64,000 nt of DNA from Chrysomallon squamiferum (Eukaryota; Animalia; Mollusca). Where the stretch lies: assembly GCA_012295275.1 (NCBI GenBank), contig CM022678.1:10664001-10728000 (forward strand). Reading direction: 5' to 3'. Below the pieces are notes generated by a model. The model was not told the origin of the DNA, did not search any database, and saw only the letters and a list, made by a program, of their open reading frames with translations. Position 1 is the stretch's first letter, and each line of letters starts with the position of its first letter. Position numbers and translations under genes: made by a program. Below, piece after piece: positions 13,299-27,175 of the stretch.

Positions 13299-13850
13299 TG
13301 CTTTCTGAGAATGTCCCTTAAATTCCAGGCAGCAGTTGCCATATATGGTCATGTCACATGACCATACAGTTACCAGTTCTAACAAAAGCTCCCAATAGGA
13401 GGCAGTCATGTTAATCTATCTTGCTAACACTTCCTCCCCCCCCTAATTTCTTTAAAACATTACACACTGACCTGCATATAAATTACACATTTCACAATTT
13501 CAAATTTTCCCATCTGCAGCAACAAAAAAACTTTTAATCATAATTTTAACTGATGTAATAAAGTCTGTGATATATCTCTGTCTCTCTCTCACCCCCCACA
13601 AAAAGAACATGTTACTCAGTAACAAACTGCCTGTTACACTGCAGCAGCAACTGAGCCAAAAGTACTTGAAATCTGTAACAGTTTGAGCATGAGGAGAGTT
13701 ACTTTCCAGAAAAACTGCAGAGAGGGGTAGGTTATGAGGATTACTATGCTGACCAGCTCGTAACCTAGATCAGCGTCTTACAGGAGCAGCATTTACATCT
13801 TGTGATGATGTCTCTCTTTCTGTTACATTCACATCTCCTCTGTCTCAATA
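13294..13850 (-). mobile_element. 3' end of a second LTR retrotransposon family: pol C-terminus, PPT and short LTR
   Basis: On the minus strand, PPT AGGGGGGGAGGAAG (13430-13444) is followed by TGTTA...TAACA (13429-13294). 13700-13815 is the reverse complement of 31270-31386. Confidence 0.65.
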
Positions 13851-14252
13851 ATACGGCAAAATCAAGATCTTGTTATTGATTTCACAGCGTGTGTGTGTGT
13901 ATGTGAGAGAGAGAGATAGAGAGAGACAGACAGAGATATTTTCCACCATATATTTGTACACATGATTGTCACAATTCAATCTCTCAGCTTTCTGATTTTC
14001 ATCAGTTTCCATCTCTACATATACCCAATTTTTTTTATATTACTTTTATTTTATTTTTATCTCTACAATATACCCATTTTTTTCTTCTCCTTGACATGAC
14101 TTCTTACTAATTCTCACATGTCAGTATTTTAACATGTAGCAGTAAAATATAAAATTCTTAAAATTTGAGTATAAGTACAAAATCTGATTTTCTTTATGTG
14201 AGACCTTACCTTCTTTCTGAATAAGCAGTACACACCATGAAATAAATGAATG

Positions 14253-14324
<72 letters not shown>

Positions 14325-14339
14325 TGTGTGTCTACATAC

Positions 14340-15443
14340 CTTACTACAAAACTAATCTAAATCACATTAATTGATACAATTATCATTAAAAGTTGTTTTC
14401 TCACATCAGCAGGTGAATTGTCTGCTGCTTCGTCTCCAGGTTCAAGTAGAAGTTGTAAACTTTCATCAGCTTCCACAACCACCTCAGGACCATCAGCAGC
14501 CACATTCAGACTGCGAATCAAATCAGTCTTGTCATATGTATGTCTGGGCAGATGCAGAAGCTCATCTCCCTGCAAAGCAGAAATGGAACGATCCAAATTG
14601 ATTCAAGTCACATGACAGAATGGATGCATTTGGTTGTTTTACTGGTGAAGAAGATTAAAATCATTTTTCATTTCTTTCTTTTTTTATGCTTAAAACAAAA
14701 ACAAAAGAAAACTTATCATTAAATTAATTACTTATATAAATCAATTATTAATAATTATGTAAATAAAAAAAGAGAAAAATTAAAGTATAGTGACTGAAAG
14801 AAAAACTCCAACATAAACAACAACAGAAATAAATAAATAGATAAAGATATGGAGATAGATAAAGATATGTAATTTTATTCTCACCTTGTATACCGTTCCA
14901 AATACTTCGGAGCCAACAATTCCTCCTTGTTTCAGTTCAGATTCTTTTATCAGTTTAAGCTGGGTGGGGTCAGGTTTAACTGTCAGGGGCTGAAATAAAA
15001 ACATTTATTTATAGATGTGTGTGTGTGTCTTTACCATCCTGCATTGGTATCAGATTAAGAACCACTGGCTAACAAACTTTTATAATTTTGTACATAAAAA
15101 AAATCATTTGAATGTGACATTACTGAAGGACAAATGTTTTGGTAAATATACAATATAAACATATTACATAAAAAAGTTACTGCACACAGAAATGTGAATA
15201 AAATATCTATCATGTATATATCTGTCTATAAAACAGGTAAGTGTGTGTTTATCATCAGATCAGTCTGATAAAAGAAACTCACCTCAGTTTCTTCATGACC
15301 AGACATCTTAGCTCTGATTGCCTCAGTCTTCCTCTTCACCTTTGCTTTCTTGGGTCAGTGATATCGAAATTCAGCCACAATACACCCAATCAGAAACAAT
15401 CCCCTATAACTGAGTTTATTACAGTTTTCTTCTTTTCATCACA
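14340..15443 (-). pseudogene. EGFR: EGFR fragment, copy A: TM/juxtamembrane exon 15443-15283, kinase G-loop exon 14989-14885, C-tail exon 14569-14340
   Basis: ...KAKVKRKTEAIRAKMSGHEETE|PLTVKPDPTQLKLIKESELKQGGIVGSEVFGTVYK| matches the EGFR juxtamembrane and G-loop, with the conserved intron after GTVYK. GDELLHLPRHTYDKTDLIRSLNVAADGPEVVVEADESLQ matches the post-kinase tail of invertebrate EGFR. Lesions: a stop, a CAC acceptor, G-loop G>E, kinase core absent. Confidence 0.9.
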
Positions 15444-16488
15444 GTGAAAATAAAACAACACATTCAGAAAATCTGAAACTATGTAAAATGAAAATAATAA
15501 CAATAACAATAATAATAAAAACAATAACAATAACAATAATAATAAAAATAATATAACAATAACAATAACAACAAAATTAAAATAATTCGTCATGTAAAAG
15601 CTGGTAACATATTTTCTAAACCCCAGAGCTCCTCAGCTGTTTATGAGAAGGTTCACATAAAATAGCCCTTCCTGCTGATCAGTAAAAACAGACCATGTGT
15701 CAGATGGTTTCTACTCTCTCTTATCAGCATCATACCACAATCCCAGGCTTAATATTTAATACTTCAGTCTTCTCAGTGAATCACTCATTTCACTCACTGA
15801 GCAATTTGACATTCAACACTGAATTACCTTGTTAATTAACTAATCTATGTTTTCTGTTAATATTTTAATTATGACTGCTGTTGAGTTAAATCCTATGTTA
15901 ACAAATACCCAATTCGATTTATAATTATCTTAGTTAATAACGTAATGGGAATATAAATATCTCAGTTAATTAGTTTTCTTGTTACTCAAGTTAATTAACT
16001 CAGTTAATAAGGTTAATCATGTTATTTAGTTAACTGACTAAGATAATAAATTAGTTGTTTCAGTTGTAAAAATTAATTAACTCAGTTAATAAAGGCCCAC
16101 ACATTTAAACATATTGGATGTTTTATTATGGCTCAGTCTAGGGTAACAAAGTGCTTTAATGGCCACCTAACAAGGAACATAAACACTAAATTGACAGCAA
16201 TCTATATAAATCAATAAGTCTGTCTATCCACTAGACAAATAAACAGAACACAAGTTGAGGTACAAGTTAATTATTTAATTATGATATACAGGTGACTTGA
16301 TAATAATATGTTATACAATCCTAAAACACATGTTTATGTAATTTAGATTAATGATACAAGAAAGGTCATATGGGGAACCAAGACAAAATAAGAATCTGCA
16401 TGGAGGACACAGTAAAACATTAAATTTTGGTTGACACAGTTTAATCACACATTACATCATATTAAAATTAAAATAGACAATTGCTTAC

Positions 16489-16911
16489 CATACTTGTCTG
16501 TAAAGACAACGTCTTTCAAAAACTTTGGTTTCCCCTCCTGACTGATCTCTCATGTTGACTTTTTCCTGCTCTGCTTAATCTCCAAGTGCTGCACTTTTAT
16601 AACAACAATGAAAAATTGGTGATATGATTGTGGTTACAATCTGTTAAGCAATTTCAATTCAGTGATGTAAGGCAAATCATGTTATTTAGTTAACTAAGAT
16701 AACCAATTCAGTTGTTTCCGTTATATCAGTTAATTATCTCAGTTATCACGTTAATTAACTCAGTTAATTTTCACAAAAACACACACACACACACAGATTG
16801 ATAAGGAAAATACAGAATGAAGAGTGTTAAGTAGAATGAGAATGATAAAGATGGGTAAAGAAAGAAATCAGAAAATAAAAACAAAGAGATATATACAGAT
16901 AGAATATAAGA

Positions 16912-16981
<70 letters not shown>

Positions 16982-17676
16982 GCTAAAAAGAGAATAGTCA
17001 TTTAAAATTTATAAAATTCAAAAAAAAGTGTTTACTTTAATAAAAAAACAGTTACCTGAAGTAAGTTTAACTAAGTCGTCAATGACAGATACACAAACAT
17101 CAGGATCATTTCCAATGTCCACATCTTTCAAAGAAAGGAGTTTTCCATGGAAACGTTCTACCAGAAACTCCAACAGCTGGTTGGTTAAACAACTGCAGTT
17201 CAGATTTAATTCCTGTACAGAACTTGTGTCTGATTTGGATTCTGGAATACCTGAAATAAATGAAAAACAGTATTAAGAAACTTGGCAACTATATCTTAAC
17301 TATCAGCAGAAAAAAAAGAAAAAGCTCAGAAAATATGATAGGAGTTTCATATCAGTGGAGCCTACACTCTTAGCACTAAAAATAAATAAATAAATAAATA
17401 AATATAATATGATAGAAGTTTCATATCAATAGATATCAAATTAAACCACTATAAATAAACAAACAAATAAATAAATAAGAGTAGTAATAGTGGTAATAGT
17501 TGTAGTATTAGTAGTAACAGCACTAATAATAGTAATAGTGATAATAAGTGTTAGTAGTAATAGTACTAGTAATAATTGCAGCAGTAACAGTGATAGTGAT
17601 AACTTGTAGAATTAGCTTGGGTTGAATAGTAGTAGTAAATACAATAAGGGGAGGTTGTAAATAACTGCAGACACCA

Positions 17677-17708
<32 letters not shown>

Positions 17709-18138
17709 ATAGTAGTAGAAAAAATAATAGCATTAACATGTGAGGAAATAGCAGTAAGACATAGTGGTAAATAGATATATAGTAAATAGATTTAGTGTGT
17801 TGAAAGTCAATGTTAGTAACTATTTGTTCAGTAGTAGAATAACAGTAGTAACAGAGGTAATAGCTGAAGTAGCAATATTAGTAGCAAACTGATAATACTG
17901 GACAATTAATAATAACAATGACAATAATAATATTAATAATAACAATAACAATCATAATGACAATAATAATAATAATAATAATAATAAGAAGAAGAAGAAG
18001 AAGAAGACAATGAAGAAGAAGAGAAAATAAGAATTTGTTTTTCACAATTATACATAAATATTAAAATAATTTCTTGTTACTGGGTTTTATTATTATTATT
18101 ATTGTTATTACTACTACTACCACTATTATTAGTATTAC

Positions 18139-18199
<61 letters not shown>

Positions 18200-19583
18200 A
18201 AACATTTTATAACAGTTATAATTAAGATTACTCACAGCACTCTCAGTGTCTGTTTTGTTGGTGGTGAGGCTAAGGAAGATCACTGTTGTGTTAGAACACA
18301 TTGCCAAACACACAGCTCGGAAAGCCTGGGGTCCAACTCTGTTTCCTGATAAATTTAAAACCTAGTTAAAAAATAAATAAATAAACAAAAATAAAGGTGT
18401 TAATAATGAATGAAAATATAGAATACTAAATTATTCAGTAATTGTAACATTAAATAAAATAATGAAAAGATTAATAATAATGAATGTAAATATCCAATAT
18501 TATGTAATTCAGTATGATTATATTTTAAATAAATAAAAAATAATAAGAAAATTAATAACTAAATAAATAAATGATAGACAGATACATACATACATTAGAT
18601 ACACAGACAGAAGGTAGATAGAAAGATTCATAAATAAATAAAAATAAATAAAATAAAAATAATCAACTGTCTACTAAAACTTGTTTATCAATCATTTTTA
18701 TAAATTTAAACTATAAATAAATTTAGAATTATTTAAATAACTGATTCTTAAGCTATTTATGTTCAGAATTATCAAAAGAGAACTTAAAGATAGATTATCT
18801 AAAATATTTTCTTTCTTTGTTATACTTCAAAAATATTACAATGTTAAAAACATAAAGAAAAGAAACAAAGAAAAAATAAAGAAACTTGCTGATTAGGAAC
18901 AAATAAGAAATAATGTAAAGACACAGACTGACATACAGAAGGACAAACAGAAAAGTATATAGTAAGTAGAGACATAGGTAAATAGACAGATTCTCTGAAA
19001 GACAAACATATTTATCTGAACATTTTCAAGGAAAGAAATACACACAGACAAACAGTAAAGAAGAGAGAGATAGAAATAAAATAAATAAATAGGGAGGCTG
19101 ACAGAAAGAGAAACAGACAGACAAAGATATATTTACAGACATAATTACCTGAATATGTTTAAAACATTTTAAAATCTGACTAAGTGGTAAAGCTTGTGGC
19201 AGTTTAAGTCTTGGTCTCCAGTTTCACAAGAAGATTAGAAAGTCGAATCACATGATCAAACTTTTTCTGTGGATCCATGTCTTCCTTGCTGTCACCCTTA
19301 CTGAAAGAAAGTTTTAAAACTAATTTCTTTTCTTTTGTCAGAGTTGTTTGAGCGGTTTGTTCACTTTTTTTCTTAGACACTATTTTTACTGAATACCTCT
19401 GTCAGTGGGTGGTGGTGTTTCTGGATGTTTCTTTTCTAGTGTGTCTGGAAGTTTCTTAGCACAGGAGTTTGAGTTTTTAGTGGTTGGTGCTGTGATGTCA
19501 ATTTGTCTCAGTCTAATGGTGGTACTGGTGTTGTTGGTGCTGACTGCTGTTTCATTTTCAGTGATGTGAAACCCATGTCAGTT
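16489..19583 (-). pseudogene. Fragment of an RI-type leucine-rich-repeat gene (exons 18345-18236 and 17250-17056; possible exons 19583-19149 and 16588-16489)
   Basis: GT-AG-bounded exons translate to GNRVGPQAFRAVCLAMCSNTTVIFLSLTTNKTDTESA and SSVQELNLNCSCLTNQLLEFLVERFHGKLLSLKDVDIGNDPDV. The flanking exons contain stops and may belong to other genes. Confidence 0.55.
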
Positions 19584-20018
19584 CTGTGGAAATAACAAAA
19601 GAGGAAAAAAATATATATATATATATATATATATTATAGGCCAAAAGAAAATTTTGTTTAATGATACAAGAATCATTACTTTTGAAAACATATTTATAAA
19701 AAAAAAATTGATCATTTTTCATGATGTTAGAAAGCCATAAACAATTCAGTGTGATTCTAATTATGCATACTGAAGACACATATCACAAATAAGTTTTGGA
19801 TATAATCAGCTAATAACAAATATTTTCAACACTTTTGAATTAATAAAAGCTGGTGCAATATCATGATGAAACAAATACAGCATTATCCAATTTAGTTACA
19901 TCATTATGAATGAAATATTTTAGTGAAACTAGAAAAATGAAGACTGGTGAATATGTATAAGAATTATTTTGATTACAGTAGTAGTAGTAGTGGAAGTAAT
20001 AATAGTAATGCCAATAAT

Positions 20019-20070
<52 letters not shown>

Positions 20071-20116
20071 GAAGTTGAACAATAAAATTAACAATAATTA
20101 TCTCAATATTAGTCGC

Positions 20117-20164
<48 letters not shown>

Positions 20165-20619
20165 GTAATAATAATAATAATAATAATAATTGAAGATATA
20201 ATAAAAATAACAATAATTATCTCAATATTAGTACATAATAATAATCATACAAAAAAATGGTCATGGTCCCTAAGAGTGAATTACAAATTCAATAGTTTAA
20301 AAAAGCTAAAATAGATACATCTGTTATCAATGATCAATACAGATAGTAAACTACTTTTGATTGGCTAATATGTCTGAGAAAAACATTTTGATTTCAAGTG
20401 TGTTGTACCACTATGTTGTATTATTTCTTCAGATGAAACCAGTAATCCTTTGACACTGATTGACACAAACATTTTCTTTAGTTCATCAATGGTGATTTAA
20501 ATTAGGTGTTTTCTGTAATGTCTGTTTCGTTCATTTTGGTCACAGACGTTGGTCAGAATAAACACAAAGTTATTTCACAATAATGTTTCAGTTGTACATT
20601 TTTTGAATGATCTTAGATA

Positions 20620-20910
20620 TTGAATAATCTATGCCAATACTTATCTGGACTGAACTTTTTAAGAACAACACTGATTGGTTAATTCCAAACACTTTTGGCA
20701 GGTCATTTGTTACATTCATGATGATTGGTTTATTAGAGATCAGTGGCCAGTGTTTTATTACAGACACAGAGACTGGCTATTTTTAACTCTCTGATCACTA
20801 TGGTTACATGATTGGTAAATAACAAACTTTTTACCAGACTTTTCTTACAGACACAGTGACTGGATAAGAGAACTCACCAAATTTTGTTACAATCATAGTG
20901 ATTGGTTAAT
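20620..20910. repeat. Degenerate short tandem repeat downstream of the MCC stop codon
   Basis: The motif ACA(C/G)TGA(T/C)TGG(T/C)TA recurs about 6 times at roughly 40-50-bp spacing. Confidence 0.5.
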
Positions 20911-20927
20911 TATAAATCCCAGATCTG

Positions 20928-23900
20928 CTATAATGAAGTCTCATTGGTCAGTGGCCTAACAATGTCTATCTCAAGCACTTCAATTCTTTGAGCAGTTTTA
21001 TCTGTCTCTCGTCTCTTGTAGTGATCTGTCATCCCCTGTAACTGAGTCTCAGGTTTCTTCAGCTTGCTCTGGTACTTCTTCTTTGCTTTATCAAACACTG
21101 ATATCAAGGCACTGGAGGCAAAATAAATAAACAAATAAATATTAAAATTAGTTTATGATATTAAGGCACTATGGGGGGAAAATAAAGGAAAATAAAGATA
21201 TAATATTAGATAGGTCAGTTATATTACAGAAATACTAATGCTATCACTACAAAACATAACAAAAAGAAGATAAAAATAATTTATGTTAGAAATATATAAA
21301 TGTTAATAACAACAGTATTAGTAAAAGTGATTTTAATACTACACAAAAAAAATCTTCCACAAAAAATCCCAGACAGAAAAACCAATGACATTATGGAAAT
21401 TCATATAATAAGTTTAATATCAAAATGTCTCTAAATATAATTTGAATTTCTGTTTGAAACGTGTGTATGTGTTTGCATAGATCAATGTTTATTGTAGAAC
21501 ATGTAGATTATGCATGACATGCATACACCTGTATGTTCACCTGTTAGCTCGTTTCAGGTGACTGACAAACTCTGCTGACTGCTGATTTCTGAGTTTTTAG
21601 AGATTTTCTCTAGAGCAGCCACTAACTCTTGTATTCTGAATTTGAGTCGTTTTTCTCTTATGAGCAACTCACACAGGTCCTGAGCTATCACATCATTCAA
21701 TCTCAGCTCACAGATAGCTGGTGCTGTCAACTCATAATCAACATCATCCTGATGATAAATGATTGAAACTCAGTTAGATAATAAAATTAGAATTATGAAA
21801 GGTGTTAGTTCCTTACTTTTATCATCTTGATGATTCAAGATTTAAAAGATTTAAAATTTTAATACTGACCCAAAATTTCAATTCATCATTATTGTAATGA
21901 TACATTTAAAATTTAAAAAGTAATTATGATGGACAGTTTCGGTATGAAAATCTATATTATGACATAACCTAGTATGATGTTATTATTATTAAGCTTTTAC
22001 TATTTATAGATTTCTATTACACTCTGAAAGTCAGTATTCTTAGAAAACATAGAATTTAAAATTATAATAAAGAATGTGATAAACAGCATTGGCAGTTATG
22101 ACACACAAAATTGTGATCTGTAGAGTATGTTTTTATTATTTAATTTTCTATGTTTATATGAACATGTGAGTTGTTTAGAATGCACACATAAAATAACTAA
22201 ACAGTCTATCAGTTATTTTATTATTGTTTAGTTTTCTCTGTTTATGTGACAAATCAGAATACTCACATAATAAAATAAATAAACAGTCTATCAAGTATTT
22301 ATTATAATTTTGTTTTTTTCTGTTTAAATCAAGGTTTAAAACACACAAAGCATGACAAATAATAAAATCAGTTCTTTGACATATCTACTGTGTATGTTAT
22401 TATTATATTTGGTTCCCCTGTTTATATAATAATATATATACCACCTAACTTAGAACAGATAAAGTGATAAATAAAACAGAGATAATAATCACATGTTTCT
22501 GTAAATGACAAAGTCCAAAAACTGCCATTAATAATAAAAAAGAAAAAGGAAAAAAAAAAAAAAAAAAAGAAGGTACAAGTAAATCTGAGTTAACATTGCA
22601 GAAGACTGGAACACAATTTTCATTACTAAATTAACAAAATTAATGGTTAATGCCTGTTTGATTAGCAGCAAGGATTGTTTTTTCCTTACCATAGAAGGTC
22701 AGATGCTTGTTTGGTGCAACATTTCATAACATTGACCTTCATAGCCATCAGCTCCTGCATTAACACAGCATTTTCCAAATCCAGTCTTTGAGCTTCTGGA
22801 GTTTTCTTGGATTCATCAAGCAGATGATCAAAGTGTAAACTCTCCAGCTCCATGATGGTCATTCTGACCGCTGCGCGGTCATTCTTCAGTGACTGAATGT
22901 ACTCATGCAGTCTCTGTTCATCCAGTTTCATGAAGTCAGTGTCCACTGAGATGGCCGTAGAACTGGACGTGCTGGACAATTCAAAATGAAAAAGTTGGTT
23001 TGGTAAAGATTATCACTAGACATGGAAAAGTAAGTTAATCCACTTGAAATTTATAATGCTATAAGTTAGGTAAAATCCTTTTAAAATGTTAATGCAAAGT
23101 CCAGTTAATAACAGAATAGACTTTAATAAACTACAAAATCTAAATTTATCTTAGGAAGAAAAAAACCCAGTTAGATGCAAAATTATGTTTTTTAATTATA
23201 AGTCTATTTTGGGTAATAAAAGAAATAACAAAGGTATAAAAATAGATTCAAATAAAGTACAAAATAAAGATAATTTATATATAAAAACACAATCACTTTA
23301 AGTATTCAAAACAAGGTGGATTAAATTCAATACAAAGGTATTGTCTCTGTTTTTGAAGGTACAAATATACAGTCCATTTAAATATAAAGTCAGTTTAAAT
23401 ACTGAAAAACAGACTATTAATGTATAAAATAAAGTAAATTTCTGTATTCAACTTTAAGAGAATAATTAAAATGCTAAAGACAAAATCTTATTAGACAGAA
23501 AAGCAATTATAGTAAAGTATAAAACAAAGTGAAAGTAGAATACCAGATGTCATCTTTAAGTACTGAAAAACAAAGTGTATTAATTAACAAAGTCAGTTTC
23601 AGTATTTATAACTAAATCTAAAATAATAGAAAACAAAGTCCATTTAATACAAAAAAATGTCAGTGATATAGCAATTACTGAAATAATATATTTTTAAATA
23701 AGAATTTTAGTTGTAATTTACCCAGACTTCCAAGTCCTGCAGCTCTACAGTTAGCTAACAAAACTCCCATCTCACTCTCCAGCAGAACACACAACACTTT
23801 ATAAGCCTCTATCACCTGATCAGAGTAGTTAATAGCCAACTGCAGCGCTGTGTTGTTAGACTCATACTTCCCCATCAACACCGTCAACCTCTCCAAGTAG

Positions 23901-25792
23901 GACTTGCTCTCATTCAGCGTCAGGTTAGCCAAGTCATTCTGTGACTTGAGGTGGTCAATTCTGCTCTGAAGTCTTTCAAACTCAATTTCAAACTCTTTCA
24001 CTTTGGTTTCTCCTATCTCAGAACCACACTTGTACAAAGTCTGAACAATTTCCTGCATGTTAGAACAGCCCTGTAAACTCTGCAATAAATATTCAGCTAA
24101 TTTTGTATTTGGAAGCTGAAGTAGAAATTATGAAAAAGTCATAAGTCAAGAGTTATTTATTCTGTGTTACTGTTTAAAAATTGATTTGAAAGGATATTAC
24201 CACAGGGCAAAAAACATAAGAATTAAAATCAGTTAAATTCATATCAGATGTAATGAAAAATATTTCAATGACTAATTCTGTTTTATTGTTTAAGAATTTA
24301 TTTATTTTAGTTAATTTGAAACAGAATTGCCATAGGGCAAAAAATATAAGGTGAAAAAATCAGATGTGAAAAATAATGAGTAATTCTGTGTTATTGTTAA
24401 AAATGTATTTATTTTGGCAATTTGATTTGGAATGATGTTAAGTTTCTACTGGAAATTATAAAAATACTCTGTCAGTATGTTCCAATTTAACATTTAAATG
24501 TGTTAAACATTAGTTATAAATTTGTTAAAATATCATGCTTTTGTGTGTTTTATGTTGTTATGTAACATTAGAAAGTTAAAAAATTTAGTAATTTTCCAAT
24601 GAAGTTACATTCCAGCACAGGAAACATCACTGTGATATAAATGATTTTAAATTCAGATTTACCCAAAGGGAGGTAATTTCAGCACCAAGAATCTGTCTGT
24701 CTCCAGCACATGTTTTTAATTTCTTCAGTTCTGCTATTTTAGTTACATGAAACTGACACTGCCTGCAGTGGTCCTGTGAATTAATAAATATTTAAATAAA
24801 TAAATAACTAAATCATTAAATAAATAAACCAATAAATAAATACATAAATAAAGAAATAAATAATGAAATAAATAAATAAGTAAATAAATAGAATATTTAC
24901 ATAAATACTTTAATAATAAATACACTATCAGATATTTTTAATAGTAAATAAGCATCAAATGGATGTCATACAATAGAAAGAAATGGATGTACAAAGAAAA
25001 AATAATATATATGTATACACTGTCTATCTCCACTGATTCCCTTAGTTACATGCAATTAGGATGAGAAACAAAATAAGAAATGTTTATTTATACCTCTCTC
25101 CTGTATTAGGATTCACTTGTGACTTTGTTGGTGTTGATGTCTGATTGTTCATGGGACTAGAAGACAAATCTGTCAGAGGTAACTTTTTCAACTGTAACTC
25201 TTTCAACTGTAACAAAAATGTAACAGTTTATCCTCTAACTCTCTCAATTGTAACAATTTATTCTGCAACTTTCAACAGTAACAAAATGTAACAATTTATC
25301 CTCTAGCTTTTTCAACTGTAACAAAATGAAACAATTTATCATGTAATTCTTTCAACTGTAACAAAAATGTCACAATTTATTCTATAACTCTTTCAGCTGT
25401 AAACAAAAATGGAATAATTTATCCTTTAACTATTTTCATATAAACTTTAAAAAAAGTGTATTTACTAACAACTTAACAGTACTTTTTTAAAGAATGTAAC
25501 AATTTCATGCAGTTAATAACAATTTAACTGTTACTCTTTCAGAGAAAAGCTTAATGCAGAAATTATTAACAGAAGCCATACTATATAACTGAAGGAAAAA
25601 GCAGTCTTAATAATTAAGTTTTGTGTTTTAATTATACCTACAAATAAAAATGCAAATATAATTATTTTAATATTTATGCGGAGTTACCTTTCTTTTCAAC
25701 TTCTCCCTGTCATCATTAATATATTCAATAAGCTACATAGCTGTGTAAGTTCTATTTCCTGTCTGCCTATCTGTTTTTGACTTTCAGCGTTG

Positions 25793-25826
<34 letters not shown>

Positions 25827-27129
25827 ATTTATAATTATTCTCGGTTTTAATGTTGTGTATACAGTGATTTAGTAATTAAAGAAAAAAAAACATGAAGCGA
25901 ATTTTAATTTTATTTGTAAATTTAATTATATTTTTCTCTTCTGATCAAATTAACTGATTGAAAGAATATCTAATTTTAATTATATAGTTATTTGTTACTT
26001 TTTTTTTAATTCCTTTCAACAGTAAGTAAATGAGAAAAAATATCTAATTTTAATTACATATTTATTTGGTACTTTTCTTTTTAATGCCTTCTAACAGTAA
26101 GTAAATGAGAAAAAAGAATATTTAAATTCATTACCTGGACTCGCAGTCTGGGAGCCATTTGGATTATTCTTGTTGATACTTCCTCCATCATCTTCAAACT
26201 CATCGTCTTCTCTACAAAGAAAGGAAAAAAAACAAATTATCAAATTTCTTTACATTTTCTGAAATTTGGTATTTTCAACAAATTCCTAGAAATTATTTCT
26301 TAGTCTTTCATTAAACACAGTGAAGAACAGCAAGCTAAAGGTGTTGTTTTACATCTGAAGAATGACTGACTTGACTCATACAATGAAAGAAAACAATGGT
26401 TAAAGGTCTTCACATATTTCTGGAATTTCAGGTTTTCAGGAATCTTTTCTTGTGCATTATAAATAGTGAAAAACCAGCAAACAAATGGTATTATTTAAAA
26501 ATAAATAATGACAAGCCAAAACTATGTTTCATTATGTGACCAGATATATTATATTATTGCTTTCATCATTGCATTAAAAACAGTGAAGAACTGCAAACTC
26601 ACATTATATATTATTTAATAAAGACTACTGACCTGATGACATTAATCTGCTGTCTGTCTGTTTTCTTCATCAGCTCTGCAATGACGCTGTGAAGTTCAGT
26701 GACGCGTCACTCGTAGCGTGCCGCTGTCTGGTCAACTCTGTCATCGAAGTCTTTCTGACTGCGAATCTTCTCAGTCTTAGTGACAACAAACAATCACATT
26801 TCATAATAAACACATACAATAATAATTAAACAGACAGGATAAGAAAATTATTTATTAATGGTATACGCAGATATAAAATAAAAAAAATAATAATAATAAA
26901 ATAATAGTACATAAGAAAATATTCGTTAACCGTATATGCAATTATAAAATAAAAAATAATAGCTTTGCTTTTAGTTAGAGTTAGTTAAATTGTTTTAAAA
27001 GTTTATTAATTTTAATTTACTATATAAATCGCTATATATAAATATTAATATTTGTGGGATTCTTTGAAATATTAAATTACCTAAATTTTTAAAATGATTT
27101 ATTAATGGTATATGCAATTATAAAATTAA

Positions 27130-27175
<46 letters not shown>

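Larger units (their letters stand above)
11551..16415 (+). repeat. Segmental duplication, copy A (copy B at 57172-64000)
   Basis: Colinear near-identity with 57172-64000, e.g. the twin ORFs 12216-12434 and 57862-58080. Copy A lacks four blocks present in copy B. Confidence 0.95.

Noticed and set aside
14371-14722. Plus-strand ORFs (Ser-rich and others), also 60589-60861
   Set aside because: They are antisense to the EGFR C-tail exon, which explains the sequence.
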